The notes under the pieces were generated by a model that made no database searches, was not told the origin of the DNA, and was given only the letters and a program-made list of their open reading frames with translations. A program made the translations under genes and the position numbers. A DNA stretch of 42,442 nt. Origin: Acutalibacteraceae bacterium. GTDB lineage: Bacteria; Bacillota; Clostridia; Oscillospirales; Acutalibacteraceae. Below are positions 25,460 to 32,476 of the stretch, piece by piece (the stretch's first letter is position 1; every line of letters starts with the position of its first letter). The stretch is from assembly GCA_045615225.1 (NCBI GenBank), contig JAZLEK010000002.1:1-42442 (forward strand). Direction: 5' to 3'.

Positions 25460-26419
25460 ATGTATAACGTTACTATTTTTGGAATCGATTTGGTAATCAA
25501 TCCCGTTGCTTTTAAATTGCCTATTGGTGAAAACGGCTGGACAATTTATTGGTACGGTATAATAATAGCCTTCGGCTTTGTTTTAGCCCTTGTTTACGGC
25601 TACCTCAATGCCGCAAAAAAAGGCATAGACCTCGATAGAATGCTCGATGTAATTCTGGTTGCCACCCCAGTTGCAATACTCGGCGCCCGTACATATTATG
25701 TTGTTTTTGACCCCAACGGCGGCGTAGACAGTGTTGCTGAGTTTTTCGGTTTTAACGGCTCGGGAATTTCGGGACTTGCAATCTACGGCGGTGTAATAGG
25801 CGCGGTGGTTGCAGGCTTTATAATGTGCAAAATCCGAAAGGTAAAAATTCTTGACCTTTTAGATTTAGCGTCGGTTGCATTCCTTATCGGTCAGAGTGTC
25901 GGCAGATGGGGTAACTTCTTTAATCAGGAAGCCTTCGGCGGCCCTACAGGAAGCAAATGGTGGGGAATGACCAGTGAAAACGTTGTATATGATTTCAGAA
26001 TTAAAGGCTTTGAAATTGATGCTCTTGCGCACCCCTGCTTCCTTTATGAATCTGTTTGGTGTCTTATCGGTGCTCTTGTACTTCATCAGCTTGGCAAAAA
26101 ACGTCGTTTTTCGGGCGAAACCGCGCTTATGTATTGCGTGTGGTACGGCTTCGGCAGAGCAATAATCGAAACAATGCGAACAGATAGCCTTATGATAGGA
26201 AATGCAAAGGTATCCTTCTTGCTTTCTTTACTTATTTGCATAGGCGCGCTGGTTACAATAATAGTTGTAAACAAAAAACTCAAAACCGCAAAGAAAGAAG
26301 TCGCATACGATTCTATGTTCAATGATGAATTAGCCGCAGAATTTATTGCGGATGAGGTTGCAGACGAAAACGAACAGGCAGAAGAGACTGCTGATGAAAC
26401 AGAAAATACGGAGGAATAA
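25460..26419 (+). CDS. lgt: Prolipoprotein diacylglyceryl transferase
   Basis: 319 aa, polytopic, with the Lgt signature GRWGNFFNQEAFG. It carries an unusual acidic C-terminal tail. Confidence 0.92.
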   Translation: MYNVTIFGIDLVINPVAFKLPIGENGWTIYWYGIIIAFGFVLALVYGYLNAAKKGIDLDRMLDVILVATPVAILGARTYYVVFDPNGGVDSVAEFFGFNGSGISGLAIYGGVIGAVVAGFIMCKIRKVKILDLLDLASVAFLIGQSVGRWGNFFNQEAFGGPTGSKWWGMTSENVVYDFRIKGFEIDALAHPCFLYESVWCLIGALVLHQLGKKRRFSGETALMYCVWYGFGRAIIETMRTDSLMIGNAKVSFLLSLLICIGALVTIIVVNKKLKTAKKEVAYDSMFNDELAAEFIADEVADENEQAEETADETENTEE

Positions 26420-26422
26420 TTT

Positions 26423-27274
26423 ATGGCAAAGCTTATTGACGGAAAGGTGATTTCTGCCGCTGTTAAGGCAGAGGTCGCAGATGAGGTTGCAAAACTTAAG
26501 AATCAAGGAATAACACCCGGTTTAGCAGTAATAATAGTGGGCGAAGACCCCGCTTCCAAGGTGTATGTTGCAAACAAGGAAAAGGCTTGCGAATCTATCG
26601 GTATGGCTTCCTTTAAATATGCTCTTCCCGAAAACACTACCGAAGCCGAGCTTTTAGAACTTATAAATAAGCTTAACAACGATGCTAAGGTAAACGGTAT
26701 TCTTTGTCAGCTTCCGCTTCCTCGCCATCTTAACGAAGAACTCATAATTAACAGTATTGTGCCCGAAAAGGATGTGGACGCTTTTCATCCCCATAATGTC
26801 GGCAAAATTATGATAGGAAATTACGATTTTCTTCCCTGTACTCCCGCCGGAATTATGGAAATGTTAAAGTTTGAAAACATTGATATTGAAGGCAAGGAGT
26901 GTGTGGTTATAGGCCGTTCTAATATTGTAGGCAAGCCTATGTCAATGCTTCTTCTCCACAAAAATGGAACCGTAACCGTTTGTCATTCAAGAACAAAGAA
27001 TTTAAAAGAGGTTTGCCGCCGCGCAGATATTCTTGTTGCCGCCGTTGGCAGAGCTAACTTTGTAACTGCAGACATGGTAAAGGAAGGCGCCGTTGTAATC
27101 GACGTCGGTATAAACCGCTTAGATAACGGTAAGCTTTGCGGAGACGTAAACTTTGCCGAGGTTGAGCCGGTTGCATCCTATATCACTCCCGTTCCGGGCG
27201 GTGTAGGTCCTATGACAATAGCAACACTTATGAAGAACACATTAACCGCCGCTAAAAAGCAGAATAATATCTAA
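26423..27274 (+). CDS. folD: Bifunctional methylene-THF dehydrogenase / methenyl-THF cyclohydrolase
   Basis: 283 aa. MAKLIDGKVISAAVKAEV...; GILCQLPLP; ITPVPGGVGPMTIA. Confidence 0.95.
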   Translation: MAKLIDGKVISAAVKAEVADEVAKLKNQGITPGLAVIIVGEDPASKVYVANKEKACESIGMASFKYALPENTTEAELLELINKLNNDAKVNGILCQLPLPRHLNEELIINSIVPEKDVDAFHPHNVGKIMIGNYDFLPCTPAGIMEMLKFENIDIEGKECVVIGRSNIVGKPMSMLLLHKNGTVTVCHSRTKNLKEVCRRADILVAAVGRANFVTADMVKEGAVVIDVGINRLDNGKLCGDVNFAEVEPVASYITPVPGGVGPMTIATLMKNTLTAAKKQNNI

Positions 27275-27367
27275 AAAATTAACGATTAATTCACATATCT
27301 GTAAAATAAAAATCACAAGATAAGCGTATATTATTTTTGTAAATCTCAAATGTCTGGAGGACATTTT

Positions 27368-28705
27368 ATGGATGAATTTAATAAATTCGATAATGATGTA
27401 AACGATAATCGTGAGAACACAGAAGAACCTGTAAACAGGGGTAGCTTTGTTATAGATAATAACGAAGAGGTAAGCGCTAAGGAAAAAACGGAACACACCC
27501 CCATTTCAAGCTATACCCCGTCTTATAATAGCCACTACACACCCCAAAAGCCTAAAAAACCACAAAGCAGTTTTTCTTTTGGAACGGTTGTTGTTTCGGT
27601 AATTCTTGCCGCGGTGGTTGGTCTTGGCGGCGGAATAGTCGGCACCTTGGCTGTCAGAAAGGCGCTTCCAAACGGTACTGCTTCGGGTTCTGATGTCGTA
27701 AACGGACAAAACACAGGCGAGGTAAATATAAAGGTTGACAACCTCGAAGCCACAATCGGCGAAGCGGTTGCCCAAAAGGTAACACCGAGCGTTGTAGGAA
27801 TTCGTACAACCGTGTCTGTCACAAACTTCTTTGGCGGAACACAAGAAGCTTCGGGCGAAGGCTCGGGCGTTATTTATACCGCTGACGGTTATATTATTAC
27901 AAACTATCACGTAATAGGCGACGCGGTAGAATACGGCCGCTCCTCAGAAATTGAGGTCTTCCTTAGCGGAGACACCGAAAAAGGCTACGATGCAACCGTT
28001 GTCGGTTATAACATTTCAAACGACCTTGCTGTTGTAAAAATAAACGGAAAGAATCTTAACGCTATCGAATGGGCAGATTCAGGAAGCCTCAAGGTTGGCC
28101 AACAGGTTATGGCGATAGGCAACCCGGGCGGACTTGAATTTATGGGTTCGGCAACCTGGGGAATTATAAGCGGTCTTAACCGTGTTCTTTCGGCCGATTC
28201 CGACGGTTCCACAACCGAGCTTATCCAGACCGATGCCGCAATAAACCCTGGCAATTCGGGCGGCGCCCTTGTTAACACCGAAGGCAAACTTATCGGCATC
28301 AATTCAAGCAAGCTTGTAAGCGAAAGCGTTGAGGGAATGGGCTTTGCAATTCCGTCTAATACAGTAAAAGAAATTTGCGACAAAATCATCGCTAAAGAAA
28401 ACAACCCCGACCCCTATCTCGGAATCACCGTCAGCACCCGTTACGACCCCGAAACCCTTAAAAACTGGAATTTCCCCGTTGGCGCAGTGGTTTACAGCGT
28501 TGCGGTAGATAGCCCCGCAGACGATGCAGGAATTCAAAAGGGTGATATTGTAACCGAGTTTAACGGCAAAAAGATAACCCATTATAACCTATTGTCCGAT
28601 TATCTCGAAGAATGTAAGCCGGGCGAAAAGGTAACAATGCAAATCTACCGTTCGGGTAAATATATCGACGGCACAGTAACCATCGGCTCAAACAATTCAC
28701 AGTAA
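27368..28705 (+). CDS. htrA: HtrA/DegP family serine protease with PDZ domain
   Basis: The ATG at 27368 is 6 nt after GGAGGA. TM anchor, catalytic His (ITNYHVI), Asp (SNDLAVV) and Ser (GNSGGAL), and a C-terminal PDZ domain. Confidence 0.88.
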   Translation: MDEFNKFDNDVNDNRENTEEPVNRGSFVIDNNEEVSAKEKTEHTPISSYTPSYNSHYTPQKPKKPQSSFSFGTVVVSVILAAVVGLGGGIVGTLAVRKALPNGTASGSDVVNGQNTGEVNIKVDNLEATIGEAVAQKVTPSVVGIRTTVSVTNFFGGTQEASGEGSGVIYTADGYIITNYHVIGDAVEYGRSSEIEVFLSGDTEKGYDATVVGYNISNDLAVVKINGKNLNAIEWADSGSLKVGQQVMAIGNPGGLEFMGSATWGIISGLNRVLSADSDGSTTELIQTDAAINPGNSGGALVNTEGKLIGINSSKLVSESVEGMGFAIPSNTVKEICDKIIAKENNPDPYLGITVSTRYDPETLKNWNFPVGAVVYSVAVDSPADDAGIQKGDIVTEFNGKKITHYNLLSDYLEECKPGEKVTMQIYRSGKYIDGTVTIGSNNSQ

Positions 28706-28706
28706 C

Positions 28707-28739
28707 AAAACGAACCTTTCGTGAGAAAGGTTCGTTTTT
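28707..28739 (+). terminator. Intrinsic terminator of htrA
   Basis: AAAACGAACCTTTC-GTGA-GAAAGGTTCGTTTT is a 14-bp stem ending in a T-run. Confidence 0.85.
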
Positions 28740-28744
28740 ATTAA

Positions 28745-28890
28745 GTAGGGCGGGGGTTAGTTTGTGCCTTCTCCTTGAGGAGAAGGTGTCACCGTATGGT
28801 GACGGATGAGGTATTGTTACTCGATGTATTCGTAGGGAAAACCCTTGCGGTTGTTCGCAAACGTTGGCGCGTCGAGACGTCGCGCCCTAC
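28745..28890. repeat. REP/MITE-like composite hairpin element (about 146 bp) with 8-bp terminal inverted repeats
   Basis: GTAGGGCG (28745..28752) and CGCCCTAC (28883..28890) bracket four hairpins: CCTTCTCC-TTGA-GGAGAAGG, GTCACC-GTAT-GGTGAC, TTGCG-GTTGTT-CGCAA and GGCGCG..CGCGCC. The segment is locally GC-rich compared with its AT-rich flanks. It sits between the htrA terminator and the next promoter. Confidence 0.4.
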
Positions 28891-28900
28891 AAATTAAATA

Positions 28901-28929
28901 TTGCAAACACTTCTTTAGTATGGTAAAAT
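28901..28929 (+). promoter_or_regulatory. Putative sigma-A promoter of the lipoprotein gene
   Basis: TTGCAA-17 nt-TAAAAT with a TG at the extended -10 position (TGGTAAAAT). Confidence 0.5.
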
Positions 28930-28976
28930 GCAAAATGAACTTAGATGTTATTTTTTTAAAAGCAGGAGATGGTAAA

Positions 28977-30584
28977 ATGAAAAAGTTTATATCTTTATTA
29001 CTTGTTATGTTTATGTTGTTGAGTGTTACAGCATGTGGTGATAAAGAAGCTCAGTCTACAACTTCCGGTGTTTTCACAGAAGAACAGGTTCAACAAATGA
29101 TACAAGAAGCGCTTGATAAAATGAATCAAAGCCAAAATCAAAGCAGTTCTTATTTGGAATCAAGTTCAAATGTTTCTTCCGGTGCAGATAAACCATATAT
29201 TCCCCAAGAAAATTCCAGTTCAAACAAATCTTCAAGCTCAAGTCAACCCTCGAGTTCAAGTCAATCCTCAAGCTCTAGCAAACCATCTAGCTCAAGTAAA
29301 CCGTCAAGTTCAAGTAAACCGTCAAGCTCAAGTAAACCGTCAAGCTCTAATCATAATAAAATTAACGGTATGCTTCCCGAAGTGAACCCCGAAGATTACA
29401 GGGGAACAAAGGTTGTCCTTGCAATCTGGAAAGACCCTTATCAGTACGAAGACGGTCCTGTTTGCGACAAGTTTGAACAGGAATACGGAATCGACTTTGA
29501 ATGGCAGATGATTGAACAGGGCGAATATGTTAACACTATCGCAGCTGCAATTGCTTCCAACCAACAGCCCGACATCTTCTACGAAAATGGAGATTTCCCC
29601 GGCTCTCTTACCGTTATGCAGCCTTTAGATGCCGCAAAATTTGACCTTACCTCATCTAAGTGGAATAAATCATTAATTAAAGCATCTACTTTGAATGGTC
29701 ACCCTTATCTTGTGGATTCTAAGAGAAATGTTTTTACCGAGCTTGATATCTGCGTTTACAACAAGAATATCTTTGAATCCAACGGTCTTACCACTCCTGA
29801 AGAATATTATGAAGCTGGCGAATGGACCTTCGCTTCTTTCCGTGAGGCTGCTAAGCAGGTTGCTGCTCTTGGTAAAGAATATTCGGGAGCCGGCGTACTC
29901 GACGAAACTATGCTCGGTGCTGCCGGATGTACTGTATTCCAGTACAAAGACCAGAAGTTCTCTAACGGTGTAGACGCTCAATTCGAAAAAGTCCTCACCT
30001 ATATGTCACAGATGAGAGTTGACGGCTACTTAAAGCTTGACCGTTTCGGTTTCGACAACGGTAAACAGGGTATGTGCTTCACCAACTGCTTCGGTCTTAA
30101 GAGAACAGGTTACTTTACACACCTTAACCCCGAATATATGGGCGCTACATATCTCCCTGTTTGGGAAAAGGGCGACGAGCAGGTTTACACCGGAATCTAT
30201 CGTGGTTGGGGCTTAATCGAAGGCTGTAAGAACCCTGTTGGCGCAGGTATATTTTTAACTTATTATCTTGATGCAAATAATTACAACCTTGAAAGGACCT
30301 TCCACAACCAAGATGTAACCAACTTCTACTTTGAACTTATGAGTAAATATAACGATAATGTTATTTACTATCGTGGACCTGACATGATGAAGACAACCGG
30401 TCTTGGCGAACGCTTCGGTTATGCATTTATGGATCAATCTCCTGACAACATCAAGAAGTATCTTGATGCTCAGAAGCCCACTATCAACCTTATGATTCAA
30501 AAGGGTAACGAGATTGTTGCTAAAGAACTTGAATGGATTCAGAATGCAGAGCTTGCAGGCTTAATCAACAAGGTTGAAAAATAA
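28977..30584 (+). CDS. Extracellular solute-binding-like lipoprotein with a Ser-rich linker
   Basis: The ATG at 28977 is 7 nt after AGGAGA. Lipoprotein signal peptide MKKFISLLLVMFMLLSVTAC with a lipobox Cys. The mature domain resembles ABC family 1 sugar-binding proteins (GTKVVLAIWKDP...QQPDIFY). The track ORF start at 28845 reads through the repeat element and I reject it. Confidence 0.72.
   Translation: MKKFISLLLVMFMLLSVTACGDKEAQSTTSGVFTEEQVQQMIQEALDKMNQSQNQSSSYLESSSNVSSGADKPYIPQENSSSNKSSSSSQPSSSSQSSSSSKPSSSSKPSSSSKPSSSSKPSSSNHNKINGMLPEVNPEDYRGTKVVLAIWKDPYQYEDGPVCDKFEQEYGIDFEWQMIEQGEYVNTIAAAIASNQQPDIFYENGDFPGSLTVMQPLDAAKFDLTSSKWNKSLIKASTLNGHPYLVDSKRNVFTELDICVYNKNIFESNGLTTPEEYYEAGEWTFASFREAAKQVAALGKEYSGAGVLDETMLGAAGCTVFQYKDQKFSNGVDAQFEKVLTYMSQMRVDGYLKLDRFGFDNGKQGMCFTNCFGLKRTGYFTHLNPEYMGATYLPVWEKGDEQVYTGIYRGWGLIEGCKNPVGAGIFLTYYLDANNYNLERTFHNQDVTNFYFELMSKYNDNVIYYRGPDMMKTTGLGERFGYAFMDQSPDNIKKYLDAQKPTINLMIQKGNEIVAKELEWIQNAELAGLINKVEK
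29229..29349 (+). repeat. In-frame 18-bp tandem repeat encoding (SSSSKP)n / SSSSQP
   Basis: TCAAGYTCAAGTAAACCG-like units repeat about 4 times, with 2 to 3 degenerate copies. Protein: SSSSQPSSSSQSSSSSKPSSSSKPSSSSKPSSSSKPSSS. Confidence 0.85.
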
Positions 30585-30597
30585 TCATAAATAAAAT

Positions 30598-30634
30598 AAA
30601 AAAACAACCTTCTTATGTGGAAGGTTGTTTTTTG
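30598..30634. terminator. Bidirectional intrinsic terminator between convergent genes
   Basis: CAACCTTC-TTATGTG-GAAGGTTG flanked by an A-run and a T-run. Confidence 0.8.
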
Positions 30635-30642
30635 TTTTATTT

Positions 30643-32316
30643 TTACTGTGCAAATTTTACTTCAACAGCTCTGGCAATATATTTACCGTTTTCAATTTCG
30701 TAAGAAATTTTGACGTTGTCGCCGAGCTTTGCAAAGGGAAGCAAATCGTTTAAGGAAACGTCGGCGATAAACACCTTATCACTGCCTTCAAGCATAATAT
30801 AGAAGGCTGTATTTCCGTTTAAAACAGCTGTAGAAACATTCGAAATATTGGCTGTAATTTCGCCCTTTTCATTTTCAATTGGCGCGCCTTCTTCAAGCTT
30901 GCCCGATTCTTTAAGCAGTCTTCTGTATTCTTCTTCTGCGCCTGCCAATGTGTCGGCAACACCAACAATCTGGTAGTTAGAAACAGAAACAAAGGAATAT
31001 GCCTTAACAAGTCCTGCATCGTCTTTAAGACTGATGAAATAAGAAGGTGTATCGGCAATGTTTACAAGGATTGGGAAGGTGGCGTTATAGCCTTTTTCCT
31101 GAATTTTGCCCTCTGCCGATTCCATAGCCGAATACTCTTCGGCGCCGTTAATAGAATAGGTTTTTGCTTCCTTGGTTCTGAGGTTTACAAGAATGAAGCC
31201 GATGTTAGATTCATCTGACACAACAGAGGTAATACCGGTGTATACCCAGATATCGTCGTTAATGGCAAGATAGTTATAGCCCTCGGTTGTTCTTACAACG
31301 TTTTTCTGCGAAATTATAGAGTTCCAATATCCGTTGACATAAGCGCCCCAATAATTAGCCTGATTTAAAACAACATCTGCCTTATAAACACAGTCTATCC
31401 AGTTTGGAACATCGCCAACCTTGTAATACTGCATATCGCCGTTTACGGCATCAACTGTAATAATGCCTGTAATATCATATCCGCCAAGGAAGCCAATGGT
31501 GAAATCATAACAGGAAATTATCCAGAAAGGATGACCCTGTTCGTCAATTTCAAAGGAGATAGAATCAACCATTTTGGTGGGGTATGCAAAACGAACGTGG
31601 CGTTCAAGGTCGCGGGAGAAGTATTCGCTTGGTGAATACTTCATACCCTCTTTAAGCTCGACAAGCTCGGTGTCCTGTGTTGCCATATCTATTTGTACAT
31701 AATAGGGAATACCGTCATCCTTGTTTGTAAACCACTTGATTATATCTGCATATTCAAGGGGAGAAACACGGGTAGGCTTGTTCTGGTAGTTGATTTGTGT
31801 ATAATAGTTTGAAACATTGAACTGAGAAACAAGCTCAACAACCTCGCCGATTTTTCTGCTTCCGAGTCTGGCTGCTGTATCGCGGTCAACAACAGGGATT
31901 TGCGAAAGGGGGATTTCGGCAATATCTTCGTTAAAATTAGATTCGGTAACGTTCAGCATTTTTTGATACTTTGAAGCGTTGAAAAACTGGGAAGAGGAAA
32001 CAAAAATAAAGCCAAGAACGATAACGAGTACAGCGGCAACCGAAAGAATAATGATTTTTGCCTTTTTGGTAGAGAACTTTTTTGGATTAATGACAAAGGT
32101 TCCTGTATCGGTAATGGGTTTATAGTGTTTTACAAGACGTGATAAAAACTGTCCGCCCGCAAAAATTCCCACAAGCACAGCGTAACAAATTATAAGGAAC
32201 AAAATAAAACCCCATAAAGACGCTGACTTTATGTGCAAAACGGGAAGAGCGAAATAGTAATAAATGGCGCCTAAAACTGCAGTAATTATTGCAGAAATTC
32301 CATATTTTTTAAACAA
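30643..32316 (-). CDS. Hypothetical membrane protein: three N-terminal TM helices plus an extracytoplasmic domain of about 450 aa
   Basis: 557 aa. TTG start 7 nt after GAGGTGA. Hydrophobic segments near residues 7-27, 33-55 and 87-107. I recognise no catalytic motif. Confidence 0.7.
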   Translation of the reverse strand: MFKKYGISAIITAVLGAIYYYFALPVLHIKSASLWGFILFLIICYAVLVGIFAGGQFLSRLVKHYKPITDTGTFVINPKKFSTKKAKIIILSVAAVLVIVLGFIFVSSSQFFNASKYQKMLNVTESNFNEDIAEIPLSQIPVVDRDTAARLGSRKIGEVVELVSQFNVSNYYTQINYQNKPTRVSPLEYADIIKWFTNKDDGIPYYVQIDMATQDTELVELKEGMKYSPSEYFSRDLERHVRFAYPTKMVDSISFEIDEQGHPFWIISCYDFTIGFLGGYDITGIITVDAVNGDMQYYKVGDVPNWIDCVYKADVVLNQANYWGAYVNGYWNSIISQKNVVRTTEGYNYLAINDDIWVYTGITSVVSDESNIGFILVNLRTKEAKTYSINGAEEYSAMESAEGKIQEKGYNATFPILVNIADTPSYFISLKDDAGLVKAYSFVSVSNYQIVGVADTLAGAEEEYRRLLKESGKLEEGAPIENEKGEITANISNVSTAVLNGNTAFYIMLEGSDKVFIADVSLNDLLPFAKLGDNVKISYEIENGKYIARAVEVKFAQ

Positions 32317-32408
32317 AGCATCTCACCTCATATTTTTAATAGTTATATTATACCAAAATATAGAAATCTTTACAACAAAAAATGAAAAAAATTTCTAAAA
32401 CTCAAAGG

Positions 32409-32437
32409 TTGAATTATTATTAACTTTATTGTATAAT
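32409..32437 (+). promoter_or_regulatory. Putative sigma-A promoter of lon
   Basis: TTGAAT-17 nt-TATAAT, 39 nt upstream of the lon ATG. Confidence 0.55.
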
Positions 32438-32476
32438 TAATTGTTACTTAAATAAATCTACATTGGAGAATGTTTA

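Noticed and set aside
28845-28976. N-terminal extension of the lipoprotein ORF (MRLFANVGASRRRALQ...)
   Set aside because: It reads through the hairpin repeat element and the predicted promoter. A canonical RBS and a lipoprotein signal peptide begin at ATG 28977.
29229-29349. CRISPR-like periodic repeat
   Set aside because: The units are contiguous 18-bp in-frame repeats without spacers, inside a coding region that encodes a Ser-rich linker.
32317-32476. CIRCE (HrcA) or CtsR operator upstream of lon
   Set aside because: I see no TTAGCACTC-N9-GAGTGCTAA-like inverted repeat and no GGTCAAA direct repeats. Only a plain sigma-A promoter is evident.
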